NCBI GenBank assembly: GCA_025786725.1 | Contig: JAHLTZ010000030.1 | Location: 248,001-312,000 of the forward strand | Length of the DNA: 64,000 nt | Source of the DNA: Syncephalis fuscata S228 | Lineage: Eukaryota; Fungi; Zoopagomycota | Reading direction: 5' to 3' | In this document: positions 27,327 to 39,943 of the stretch, in pieces | Numbering within the stretch: position 1 is the stretch's first letter | How the letters are laid out: each line of letters begins with the position of its first letter | The notes under the pieces: generated by a model | The model's database searches: none | Told to the model about the DNA's origin: nothing | What the model saw: only the letters and a program-made list of their open reading frames with translations | Position numbers and translations under genes: made by a program

Positions 27327-28354
27327 ATGGAACAATCTAAAGGTGTTACAACGTTTTGGGGAATACCTTTACACCCACTTGGAGAACTCGGCGCGACTGA
27401 TTATGTATTTGAGTTTCCTGAAAACTATAGTCTGATACGAGAACGTACACACGGATTAATGTGGCAGCTGTTTTTCTCGGCAGTCTTCAATATGATATTA
27501 TATATAATGTGGGGCAATCCATTCGAGTGCTGCTACTTCGACCGCGTGCTCTATCGGTTGGCTTGTTTACTATCGTCATCGTTGGCTGTATCTTCACTTA
27601 CATATGCTGTTCTTTCGGCTTATCTGATATAATTAATTGTAGAAAAATTATATGGTACACTTTTACGAGTGTCATCGTCTCTTCCATGTGTAATAGTGCT
27701 ATTATTGTGCAGCGTACCTATGTGATTCTTCTTCGCAAGCGCTGGGTATTAGCCTTAGGCTTCTTAATTATACCATCGCAACTGTGTTTTTTTATTTATA
27801 GTCTGATGATGGCACCAATCACAATTACTACCACAATTGGTTGCCTACTCAATTATGATAACATGACCTCACTCTTATGGACCTTAGTGACAGTCCCAAT
27901 CAACGCTTTTCTGTCGGCAATATTCGTCTATGTTGCCTTTAACAGTATAAAGTTCATAAAGTTAATGCATGGAAAGAGCTAGCTCATCATGACCTTCAAA
28001 TATTATGTATAACCGTAGTATTCAGGATATTATGTGGACTAGCCACCATTTTTCGCATTGATGGAGATTACTCGGAACTCTTTTTTATTATTGACTGGTA
28101 GGTATTTATTTATTTTTTGTATAATATGTGTTTTAATATTAACTAGGGTGTTTTCATCAACGGCTGTAACACACAATTGTCAAGCTAGTTTTAATGGTAT
28201 CAGCAAATTTATTAGCTCAAAACCTTTACATCCTATTGATCACGAAGACGGTGAACCAAAGTCTACCGTAGCAGAGGCAGTTTTAGGAAATAGACATAGT
28301 ATCCAATCTAGTGTAGGCTCTAACTCACGTTTAGCAGTTACCAGCCATTTGTAA
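27327..28354 (+). CDS. 7TM GPCR-like membrane protein, divergent paralog 3 (several frameshifts)
   Basis: WGIPLHPLGELGATDY N-terminus, NCR at TM3, VQRTY, loop Cys (IGC), PINAFLSAIF, and an intron in the Trp codon of IIDW. Confidence 0.7.
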
Positions 28355-28823
28355 CCTATAAATGCTGACGCTGTACTATAATTACAATTATTAAGAGTAA
28401 TAAAAAATAAAATGATAAATCGGTAATAAATAGTAATATATGTGTACAAATCTATAGTGCAATATCGCTAAATTTAACAATTTATCTAATAATAAACAAG
28501 TATTGAGCGTTTGATAACAGCATTATACTAGCTGAAACCGTCTTTTGAAAGATTCTATCGCATATAATCGGTTTTCAATTAATACAATTTTAATGTTTTA
28601 AAAATGAAATTGTTTGCTTTTGACTGGTACTGGTTCTTCCATAGAATAAAACCAATCAAATCTGATTTATGGTTTTAGATATTGTTTAGCTCAGCTAATA
28701 TTAATTTTGAATCGTTTATTTAGTTAACAACAAAAATGATCAGCTACCGTTACCTTGGACGTGGCGGCAATCTTTTTCTTTAACTACCAAAGCAACATCG
28801 ATATCTTACACTTTTCAGTCGTA

Positions 28824-30154
28824 ATGAATTCTACAACTAAAAATATGCGCCAGCAGGATTTGGACAAGCAGTTTAACCTTGCGTGCACTATTATACGTGA
28901 CTGTCAGCGCCCAGCACGTTGGAACGGTGGATCCAAGGACACCAGACTGCCGCGACTGCCACTTTCAGATAGTAACGCAGTGAGTATTGCCATAATACTC
29001 GGGCTAATAACATTAACCTGTATTTAGCTTTATGGGCTTTTTAAGCAAAGCACTGAGGGAGATTGCCTTTGTCCACGTCCCGGAAGATTGGATATACTTG
29101 GTCGAGGCAAATGGTAGGCTTTAAACGGACAAATAAAAAGAAGATAACTTGAAAATTAGGTTGCCAGGGATGCATGGAAATCACTGATAGGACTATCAAC
29201 TGAGGAAGCTAGGCGACAATACATTAGCTACACTATTAATGCAAGTAATTATTAATTGTCGCAACTGTTTTTGAATTACTGGTTAATACTTAATATCGTG
29301 TAGTATTTACGAAATCACGATAGCTATTCTCGAGCCTGCATACTGCTTACTCAACTAAACGATCTTTCCGGTTCCACATCGTCAGTTGAGGCTACAGATT
29401 CAATCAAAACAAATTTAAACAAGAGTACTGACGAAACAGTAATAGATATGAAGACGCCTAACGAGGCCAATAAAAGTATTAGCGAAAAGCCTGACAGTCC
29501 TCCGTCAATAAAAGACGGTATGTTATTGTTTTATTTTAAGCTATATCTAAGTAATGACACTTTATTTGCAGAACTAAAAACGACTCAATACAAAAAACCA
29601 GCTGCCAAACATAAAAAAAGTCAAACAGATGATTTAAAAACCACTCATGATACACTATTGGCCTTAGAGGAACGATTGCAGCACATCAAGCAGGCTGAGC
29701 AAACGCTCGAGAAACTGCAAACCGAACTGGCTGCGATCCAGGAACACATAGCACAGCATAAACACGATGAAGATGAGCGTCGTAGAATTGAAAAATTAAA
29801 AACAACAGGACCACGCAGTTGGTTACGTGTAAGTAATTAGGCTACATTTAATACTTGTTTATTCATCGGCTACGTTAGGCATTGGTTCGACATGCTTTTA
29901 TCCATTCCGCATTGCTCGTGATTTCGTTGTTAGCATACCGACTAACCACCTCCACTCAGCCAACTGAAGCCATCAGCATTTTTAATACTACCGCCATTAA
30001 TTCAAGTATAGCTAGTGCGACTCCTGATGTAGAGTCGGCGATCGGTCGACCTGCATGGCCGCTTTCAATGTTTGTACGCTGGATAGACCGATGGCTAGCA
30101 CAGCTATCAGAAACCATTCGACGTTTTCTTAATCTACAAGCTGCTCGCCAGTAA
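28824..30154 (+). CDS. Acyl-CoA-binding domain protein with coiled coil and C-terminal TM (ACBD5/Atg37-like architecture)
   Basis: ACBP motifs LYGLFKQSTEGDC..PRPG..D..GRGKWDAWKSL.GLS.EEARRQYI; coiled coil LEERLQHIKQAEQTLEKLQ; TM HAFIHSALLVISLLAY. Confidence 0.85.
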
Positions 30155-32259
30155 TTTGTCATTGAGTTTACAGTTTCAATATCTAAGCAATTATATATTA
30201 AATCTAACGCCGAATACCTCGTAAACAATATAGCAAACTGTTTATGGTCCGTAACTATAATTAAAAACAATAATATTTACTATACATACACCATGACTTT
30301 ATAACATTTACTTTAGCTTAGCTTAAATTGCACTGTTAATGATATTGTAGCTGTTTTAATATATTTAATATAAAGCATGCACAACAATCATTTAGTATAA
30401 ACCTATGTTGATTTGAACGTCGCTATATTATTATAGCTAGTAAATTTAATTTTAAACTATAATCATGATTGAAAGTATAATGTTTATTTTATTATAAATC
30501 AGCAAACTGCTATAGCTACTTTAATCAATATAAAAGCAGCGTAATAATCCTAATAGTCAATTCCAATAGATCTTGCAAATAGCAGCACAGTATAAATCTT
30601 GGCATTTCATACAGTTGCAGAATATTAATGTGGCTTTATTAAAATTGTTTTTTTTGGCTTATTCAATAGTAATAATTAATTGTTGTTGGGCTAATCCACA
30701 TTTACACATACACTTGTTTTTTCAGCAGATACCTTTTTTACATGTTGAAAGTAGCCCAACTTTTTTATTAAAACCGCAAGTCTAATCTTTTTTATTACCA
30801 TTATCAAAAACGATCGCAATAAAAGAACCAACATTGATATTTATATAACTAATTACAATAGTACTTACAAGCTTTATTAGTAAAAATAACAATTTTAGAT
30901 GATAAAAACAAACACGCTAGCAGCCGCAACAGTTAATGAAAACTTGAAAGATTTTATATTAATATTTTTATAAAATATACTAGATTTGTAATTATAGCGC
31001 TAAAATTCTGTACAAATAAAGTTGTATAAAACAGTACTGATTGCTTAAAATGATGATGATAATGGTATGGCGGTAACGTTGAATGTTGTAAAATAATCCA
31101 AGGTTGCCCTTTTTATATTGTAACAAAAGCGCAGATTTGATGTTACGCCCATTTTTTATTTTTGACACAGTACACTCATCTTTATTCATTTTTACCCCAG
31201 TTTCTTACTATATTCTACCTCTTTCTTTGCTTTTGATCTAAAGACTATGCGGAGACAGATATCTTAGTTCGCGCGAATATAAAAAGTGCGCTAATTAAGA
31301 CGCTTTATTAAAAATTATTTTGCGTTTATCTTTGGATTTAATCATATTATTTGCCTGGCTTATATTTTATTGTAATAATACTCGCACAATGTTTAAAACT
31401 GTTACGACAAATATTGTTAACAGCACATTATTAATAGTTGTTTGCTTGTTGTTGGTAATTAGCGCTGATATTAATATGCGCATTATTCTTTCAACATTTG
31501 CATGTAACATTAACAGATCATCTAGTTACATTATTATAATAATATGCTTATTAAATACTCATTAACTGCGATAATATTATATGAACTGAAGCGGTACTTA
31601 ATAGTGAGATGTCTCAAAAAATTCAATCATTATTATTAGTTATATTTAATATAAAATGATAGCTTTAATAAATAAAAATAAAAATAATTAGTTTTAGTCC
31701 CATTGTTACAAAACCAGATATATGGTATTGTAAGGTGGGCTAAACAACAAAATAAGAGGAAGAGTAATGGAAATGGCTTAGTCAGTGTGTGTATATTAAG
31801 TTAATAAAAATTATTAATTTAATAGCTTAACAACTCTTATTACCAATAAATAGCTTTATTCAGTAGTTTAAAACAGAAGTCTCAACTGTATAAATCTGAA
31901 AGTAAGCTAAAAGTAATTGGAAGTAAAAAAGTTGTTTATTTAATGTTTGGCCGGCAGTATTAAGTATTTATAATACTGCCGGTAATTAAACGGCGAATAA
32001 ATGAAATGAACCCTGACGAGAAAACCTTAATTAAGGTACAACGAAGCTTAAACTGAACATTGTTGAATCATTTAATTTGGTCCATAATAACAACATCAAA
32101 AACTAAGATCAGTCTAAAGTAAATCGGAAGCATTATACAGTGCCAAAACAAGTATAAAAGCGACTTAATATACATAAAGCCGATGTACTGTTGCAGTTTA
32201 TGCCATAGATATACAGATAGCTTAGATCTCCGTTAACTAATATTTAAACGTAAGCTGCA

Positions 32260-32890
32260 TTTTGACTAAATTTTATTGAAAATTTTTTTGTTCTATATTT
32301 ATATTAAATGGTACAACCGAACATGGAGAATGCGAATCCGGCAATGATTTTGTTGTGTTTTAAATATATAGGCCATAAGCGGTATAAAACTGTTGTGTTT
32401 GCACGTTTATTAGTGTATCGGCATAACCATTGAGTCAGTATGCAATACAAGTGTACTACACTTTGTCAATAGCTATCTATTTGTCATAGGTATATGTGTG
32501 CAAAATATCACACAGTTTGCTTCATTGTAAGTAAAGTTATACATATTATTAACAACGCTTACTGAACGTATTAAAAAACGTAAATTACATTTTGACTATT
32601 TTTTTTGTAAAAATCATTATTATATAATTTATACCATACAGTATATTTAAGCATGGAGAACTCAAATTCGGCAATAATCTTGCTATCTTTAAGTATATAT
32701 GCTATGGCCGACAAGAAACCGTTGTTTTTACGCATTTATTAGCGTATTAATACGATTACTACATCATCACGTAATACAATTGCAGTATAATTTGCCAATA
32801 GCTATCTATATATTATAAGTACATTTAGATAAAATATCATACATTTTGCTTACAATGAAGCAAAATTATACATAATCATAGTAACTTTTA
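32260..32890. repeat. Degenerate tandem duplication, ~330 bp unit
   Basis: catggagaa..cggcaat.. and caatagctatctat..aaaatatca.ac..tttgctt each occur twice ~330 bp apart. Confidence 0.75.
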
Positions 32891-33503
32891 TTAATTAAAT
32901 GATTGCTATTATTTTTAATACGCATTCCATTGTATTTTACTATTTAATTGTATAAACACTTTATTATTAATGTATAATAGTTTTGGATCAAATAGCGCTG
33001 GAGAGAATAAAGTGGGTATGAGAATTATAATATTTATTAGAATTTATATGTTGTTAAGCTAATTTGTAATTATGATATTTGTTAGTATATGTATTAAAAG
33101 TGTTAAATGCGCGTTTTTTATATTAGAAAATAATTAAAAGATTGTCAGTGATCATACCAATCTTATTTATAAAAATTCAATGAAGGCGGTGTGATTAATA
33201 TTGCTATAATTCTACCACGAGTAAACAATTGCAAGAACAAACATATAGCTATAAACTAGATGTCTATTTGTTTATTGTGTTTCGCATATTTTTTAGCATA
33301 GAATGAAATTATTATTTTTCTTTGAGCATAAATTGATATTTAGTACAACTATTATAATGTTTTTTATAAATATTACACACTAGCTTTAATAAACAAAATA
33401 AAACGACAATTAAAAATTTTAACACACTAATTATTTACAATTAAAAAGACAATAAAATACAATGAACAATTAAAGCTATTTATTGTTCCAGTAGACGAGC
33501 ATG

Positions 33504-36443
33504 CTATTGAGTAATCTTGTACATCAATTGCATTGTACCCGATTGGATTCTCATATCTGCACCAGTAACAGAAAGCTTGGTCATGACCGAGGTAGACTTG
33601 CCGGTGGTTTGGGTGGAAATTCCTTGGCTTTGGGCAGATGCACCGTAAAGTGCGGCAATTCCTGTGACGGTAACAACTGGAGAAAGCCATGTGTCGTATG
33701 ATGAGCGAACGTTAAGTGAACCATCTGGCGAGTATGGACGATAGGTAAACAAGCGCAGTTTGTACTGCCCATCCTGAACAGGGGTGATGCTAGTTCCTGG
33801 CTGGTTGAAGCTAGGCATTGGCTGGATTAAACCATTCCAGTAGCACCATGTATCGTCATTAGGATCATCCTTGGTGGCATCCAATGGCCCACCATTGGCG
33901 TCGTAGGCCATACCAATAATGTTACCGTTGAGATCTTCGACTGCAACAAGAGCCCATGGCGATGGTGTGTCGAGACGGAAACGTACGGCCACGTAATCTC
34001 CAGCAGCAGTTACAAGGCGGGTCTTTGAGGTGCTAGTGAAAAGATTACCATTAGCATCCATATAGTCAAGTCTAGGATAGTTGTCATCACGACGAAGTGG
34101 ACCAAGAACACGTTGAGCACCACGGGTCGTCTGATATGGAATATGGCGGATGGTTTGTTTGCCGGTCTTGGCATCAGTATGAATTGCCTCAATAAGACCA
34201 TTGAACACCATATAGTAGATGGGATCAGCTTCATATGGTGGATAGATGGTGATGCTGGTCTTTTCTGTGCGGCGTGTGTTGATGTTTTTGATTGTGCTAG
34301 CTTTGGTGATAGTAATCTTAGATGGATTAGCAGTAAATGAGCTTACTGCACCATCGATAACATAGTAATCATGTTTACGATTATTCCAGCTGGATACACC
34401 CCATCCTGGCTTGTGCTTGAAAGTGATAGTGCCAGGAGGAATGTCACCAGTAAGAGTTACATCAAATGTGTATGCAGCGCTAGAGCCACCACTGTCTGAG
34501 CCGCGGAATCCAGCTGACAAAGGATAGAGTCCCCAGTTTGTCTCGCTTGAATCCACTAGACGAGCAATACCAGCACCTGCGGATATAATAGGAGAGGTGT
34601 ATGTATTTTTGTTTGTGGTCATATCTTCAAGTTCAGGTGATGTCTGAGCAACTGATGTTTGCATAAGCAAACGACGAACAGCTTCAGGGCGTTCAGTGGC
34701 AGATATAGTCGATCCAAGTCGTTGGATTGCTGCGGCAGCCAAGCCAGCAACCTGTGGAGATGCCATACTGGTTCCACTTAAAATAGCGTACGAACCAAGT
34801 TTGGTGAGATATGTACTAAAGACTGTTTCACCAAATGAAGTAACTTCTGGCTTGATGTTGGTAATGTCAGCAACTGGACCGTTGGAGCTGAATTCTGACC
34901 ATTGATAGGTATTGTAATCAGCATCATATTTTGTGACGGTTTGAGTCCATTTGACAGTAGTACTATCGCTGGTAGTTGGCAATAACTTGTAGAGATTTTG
35001 TCCTTGACTGTAGCCAATGATAAGAACGTGAATATTTACAGGAGCATCAACAACTGGGAAGTTGAGTTCGTCATAGTCATTAACAACTATAATGCCGAGA
35101 GCGTTGGCGTTTTGTGCGTTAAGGGCCTTCTGTGTAAAGGTACAGCCACCACGGTTAAGCACAACAAACTTGCCGCTGTAGCCAATGCCATAGGGTGCAC
35201 AGCTATCAGTGTTGTTCTTCTCCACGCGCTTGATTGTCTTGAAAGTAATGGCGGGTACGACAGTTTGATTTGCTGACAAGTAATACACGTTGGTGCCGTC
35301 ACTGTCCAGCTTGAACGAAAATGAGCTCAATTTCGGTCTTCCCATAGAGCCAACGGTAATTACATTTGGTGCAACACCGGGGCTGGATAGTGTGGTCAAT
35401 CCACCAAGACCGTCATTACCGGCTGATGCGACTACAACAATACCACGAGCAGTCAACCGTTGTGCAGCGTCGGCATCAGCATAGTCCGTGTAAAATTTGC
35501 CGGTACCAATGGAAATATTGACAACGTCCATACCATCGGAAGCGGCACGCTCCATAGCGCTTACGATAATATCCATGGCCACACTTCCAGTGCAGCTAAG
35601 GACACGGTAAGCACCAAGTGTGGCGGCAGGAGCATTACCGGTAACCAGATCAGAGCTGGCTGCAACAAGACCAGCAACGTGAGTGCCATGGCCGTTGCAA
35701 GTATCAAGCGGGTCGCTATCTGGAACGGGTTTCCATCCTGGAGCAGGATAGTCAGCACCGGTGTAGGCATCACCGACAAAGTCCCAGCCATAGGCTACTT
35801 TACAGCCAGCACCAAAGCAGCCACCAAGAGCGGGATGTGTGTAGTCGATACCAGAATCAATGATACCGACTTTGATGTCTTTTCCGGCATTTGGATCAGG
35901 TTTACTCTCAACGGACTGGCGACGGCGCAAGGCTACGGCCTCGGTACCAATAGCGTGAGCTACTGGTGCATGTTTGGCGCCACCGCCGATTGGCCGGACA
36001 CTCTTGATACCAGAAAAGTTGGTAATTGAATTAAGGCCCCATTCACCATCGTCGAGAATATCCAATGAGACAGCGTTGAAAAGCAAATTGAAGTTTTGGC
36101 GGACTTGAACATTTAACTTTTGTTTAGCGTAGGCAAGAAAATCAGCTTGTTGTTTGGTAGCCGCGCTAGTACCAGGTGCGGCATCGAGTTCGAAAATGTA
36201 AGTGGTGGGCAGGTAGCCATATACAGGAGTTCCAGCTGATGTGGTATTGTCGGCACGGGCTATAAGCCTATGTAACAGATAAGACGAATCACGACGAGTG
36301 ATGGCATTGGATTGAGTTTTCTTATGTTGAAGTGGACTAAATGGAAAGCGGAAACCATTTTTTGCAGCATCGCTTAGAGCAGCATTTGCGGCAACGGTAG
36401 CAATAATAATTGCCGAAAAAGAGGCAAGCTTTGTAACAAGCAT
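33504..36443 (-). CDS. Secreted subtilisin-like S8 protease with PA domain and C-terminal beta-rich domains, intronless, 979 aa
   Basis: Signal peptide; catalytic IIDSGID, HGTHVAG and GTSMASP; oxyanion SAGN; PA motif NRGGCTFTQKALNAQ. Confidence 0.95.
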   Translation of the reverse strand: MLVTKLASFSAIIIATVAANAALSDAAKNGFRFPFSPLQHKKTQSNAITRRDSSYLLHRLIARADNTTSAGTPVYGYLPTTYIFELDAAPGTSAATKQQADFLAYAKQKLNVQVRQNFNLLFNAVSLDILDDGEWGLNSITNFSGIKSVRPIGGGAKHAPVAHAIGTEAVALRRRQSVESKPDPNAGKDIKVGIIDSGIDYTHPALGGCFGAGCKVAYGWDFVGDAYTGADYPAPGWKPVPDSDPLDTCNGHGTHVAGLVAASSDLVTGNAPAATLGAYRVLSCTGSVAMDIIVSAMERAASDGMDVVNISIGTGKFYTDYADADAAQRLTARGIVVVASAGNDGLGGLTTLSSPGVAPNVITVGSMGRPKLSSFSFKLDSDGTNVYYLSANQTVVPAITFKTIKRVEKNNTDSCAPYGIGYSGKFVVLNRGGCTFTQKALNAQNANALGIIVVNDYDELNFPVVDAPVNIHVLIIGYSQGQNLYKLLPTTSDSTTVKWTQTVTKYDADYNTYQWSEFSSNGPVADITNIKPEVTSFGETVFSTYLTKLGSYAILSGTSMASPQVAGLAAAAIQRLGSTISATERPEAVRRLLMQTSVAQTSPELEDMTTNKNTYTSPIISAGAGIARLVDSSETNWGLYPLSAGFRGSDSGGSSAAYTFDVTLTGDIPPGTITFKHKPGWGVSSWNNRKHDYYVIDGAVSSFTANPSKITITKASTIKNINTRRTEKTSITIYPPYEADPIYYMVFNGLIEAIHTDAKTGKQTIRHIPYQTTRGAQRVLGPLRRDDNYPRLDYMDANGNLFTSTSKTRLVTAAGDYVAVRFRLDTPSPWALVAVEDLNGNIIGMAYDANGGPLDATKDDPNDDTWCYWNGLIQPMPSFNQPGTSITPVQDGQYKLRLFTYRPYSPDGSLNVRSSYDTWLSPVVTVTGIAALYGASAQSQGISTQTTGKSTSVMTKLSVTGADMRIQSGTMQLMYKITQ

Positions 36444-38479
36444 TGTAATACTTATATGTAACGGATATACACAATTATTAAGAATATGGGCTATTAAGTA
36501 TAAGTACTATTAGATAGATGGCGCGGATTGAACAACAGTAGTCTACGACGGCTATTTATGTAGCTGTAGAACACTGGTAAACGACGTTGTAAATTTCTTA
36601 GAATTCCTATTGGAAATCAATGAGTATGTATTGGAAGACGCAACTATTGTTTACCCCGATAAAACTCCGATTAAATGGCTTTGAGAAAATAATGACATCA
36701 CACAATCTAAACATGCAAATTATTAAATTGCTGAATTTTATTAGTATAAAGTTTAATCACAATTATTGTTATACTATAAAATTAATTTATTGTTACATAT
36801 GTCATAATAAGCATATAATGTTAAATATTACTACAGCTTGATCGTTACAACCGTTCACGATCTATCATAAGTTACATAGAAGCAAATACGCTGGTATTGA
36901 ATTGCGTCTAAATTTAGCAATTAAATTCAATTCCCATGACTCAACCACCCAAAGTATTATTTATTTATTGTTTTTATTAAATCTGGCTTTAGGTAGAAAA
37001 TACATTAAACTTGAATAAAATTGTTTACTGATAACCAAACAGCTATTTAAAAATTAATCAAGTTACACGCTGTAAATGCTATATTTTTATTTAATACATT
37101 ACATTGTAGCGGTAGACAACCCAAAACTTTTAAAGTATAAGAAGCAGAAAGTAGAGTAAAAAATAGACTAAGATTTCATTTTAATAAGGATGTATTATAT
37201 TTGTATTACTATTGGACTTTATAATTAATGGTTGATCTAACATTAGCTTGTGCATGCGCATAGCGGATGCGACAACATATTTAAAATCTATGTGAAGATT
37301 TAATGAATACATCTTTATTAGTAAATGTTAGAAGCAGCTGCATTGGCAGTATTATCGTCGTCGCTATATCCATTATTTTTCGTTAGTTTTTTTCACGTAG
37401 TACTATATATGGTAAAAGTTAAATACTTATAGCAATATATTCACACAATTTAATAATAACTATAAGTAGAATTTTTATGGAAAAACATTTAGACAAAGAC
37501 ACTAATTATAGAAAAGAGCGGTAAAATCAGATATCTATATTCACATCTAGTTAATTTCTATTATTTTTATTGTATGTACATATAAGATAAATTCACTTTT
37601 ATCAATAATAGCACAATTTCTGATTGTCTACAAATGACAAAAATTTTCTATTCTGAGCATAAAATTATGCACTTTTAAAATACAACATAATAAAGAAATT
37701 CCATTGGCCAGTTAGGATTGCTTGAATAAGAGCTAAATATTTTATATAACCAATCTGCTAACGCTGTGTTCCAGCATTGATTTAGAGATTGTAATTTAAA
37801 TGATTAAACAACACTTTACTTTGATATTGAATAAAGCTATCATTTTATAGTAAATACAGCTAATAATAGAGCAATACAAAGTTAACTGAACATAATATTT
37901 CTAGACAAAAACTATCTAACCATCAAAGCAGATAAACCAATCTGAAAACAACAAATTCAACTAGAATAGATACTTAATTTAAATTTAGATTTTATTAAAT
38001 ATATTAAACGGCAAATTCTTAAGCTTTTTGTTTATTATTAAACGTTATAAGCAATTTAATGATTATCCAGTTTGTTAGTAGGTACCGATTACTTTACAGT
38101 TTTATTTTATTATCATTATTGATGTTAGTGCCCTATATTGTCGAATAGCTATGCCAATATAATTAGAATATAAAGACTGTATCTAAAGGCATTGCTGTAA
38201 TCATTAAGTATATCGCCATACGTTTACTATTGTTATAGCCATCAACACTCAGCACCTATTATAAACTACTTAGTTTATTCAGTCATTTAAATTTGAAGGT
38301 AAAGATTGTAATAAACCAATTCACTTTTCATTAATAGCGGCAAGATGTTTTGAATATTGACATTGAAATCATCTAGTGCCATGCACAAATACTAAATTAG
38401 AAAAATTAAAGCTTAAACCTTCAAATCTTTCAAATGGCTACAATGATATTGCATAGATCTAGATACATGTTTTTTAAAC

Positions 38480-39730
38480 ATTTTTAGTTAGAATCAAAGT
38501 ATAGCAATATGAACACCATGCATAATAATAGCATTATTTATTTTAAAATTTATACCAATGCAATCACATTAGCAGCAATTAGGCAAAAAGACCAATGTTA
38601 TAAAACAAAAAGAAAAGGTTTATTGCATGACAGTCCCAGTCACACGCAAGTAACAGCTTAGCATTAGTTGTCGGTGCCATTTTCAACCGACTAGCAATAG
38701 AATTGTACACAGCTGTTTGCATAGTATCATTTGTGTTTGCAGAAATCTATTAAATCAATAAATGCAGCAATGCTTATTTAATAATTTAAAATGACACGTA
38801 TTTAAACTATAAACTAATAGGTTATATATCTAGAAAGTACGTGGTCAATGGTTGGCCACGAATGCTGACACCGGCTACACTACTAGTCCAGGAAAAGTAG
38901 CGCAATAATGAAACTTTCGATGCAATATTGCTTAGTCACAACAGCTACTTTTCAGGAACAAGTACTGATGAGTGGGATTATTCAGGTGGTGGAAAAAGCA
39001 ATGAAGGCAGTTGGTGGAAAGGTAACAGCGCAGATAGCTAACATATCCATCGTATTGATAACTGTGCAGATACACAGTAGCAGATCACACTGCTGTACTG
39101 GCGCTAAAGACTTGCTCAGCGACTATACTAGCAGTGCGATCTGCAGTAGTAGTCATAACAAAAACAAAGCATACAGCGAGGCTTTACAACATATATTCAA
39201 CATAGTATAAAAAGTCAAAGTTGCAATTACTATGCCAACAAAACCATTAATACTAATGATCAGAGTGATAAAAATGATTTGTAAAAAGAGGTCGGATTAC
39301 AAAAGAGCATTGTATGAGAGTAATGTAAATATTGTTTGTACTTGACTAATAACACTATCTATGAAGCATATGTGGAATGTACAAATATATGCTGTCAAGT
39401 GTAAAGAAAGAGAAAGGAAATGTGATGACGTAGATTGTGAGATGTGAGCCTGTCAGTCAATATTTATAAACAGCCGAGTTTAATTGATTAATAAATGCAA
39501 TGTAAATAATAAAAGTCAATCCACCCAACATGTCAGTACATCATAGAACAGATTAATAGTAAATGAACAAATGCATTAAGAATAAAAGTTATTTGACATT
39601 AAAACTACTCATTATTATAGAACATATATTCAGTATACTAAAAGATCAATTAAATATAAAGGTTATTTTGCTACTAAAAACAAGTCATTATCATAAAGGC
39701 ATGCTATTACAACAATGTAGCGACAGTTTT
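38480..39730 (-). repeat. Dispersed repeat family B, copy 2
   Basis: Reverse complement aligns to 2570-4050 with internal gaps; 39680-39730 also resembles 26235-26290. Confidence 0.75.
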
Positions 39731-39943
39731 TTACTTTAATGATTTATTTTATCCATAAGAGGATAATTTTAGAATGTATTAGTTTAAACAGTAGACAAAT
39801 TATTACCATTCTAAAGAAGATACTGGATTATAGTATCACCGTTTCAGATTGAGAGAATTGATGATTCACATTGTATCGTTGAATTTATAAAACAACTATT
39901 TAACTATGTATGGAAAAATTTAGGATAAATATTTTCTTTTCCA

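Noticed and set aside
1-30154. Possible lipid/peroxisome gene cluster (CRAL-TRIO, Mga2, carrier, AGX1, ACBP)
   Set aside because: The genes are interspersed with unrelated ones and I saw no shared motif; chance neighbourhood is sufficient.
33427-36029. Antisense and alternate-frame ORFs over the subtilase (also over chitinases, RING and TRA2 genes)
   Set aside because: Shadow ORFs arising from codon bias of the real CDS.
33504-36443. Recent bacterial HGT of the intronless subtilase
   Set aside because: PA-containing S8 proteases of this type are widespread in fungi; lack of introns alone is not evidence.
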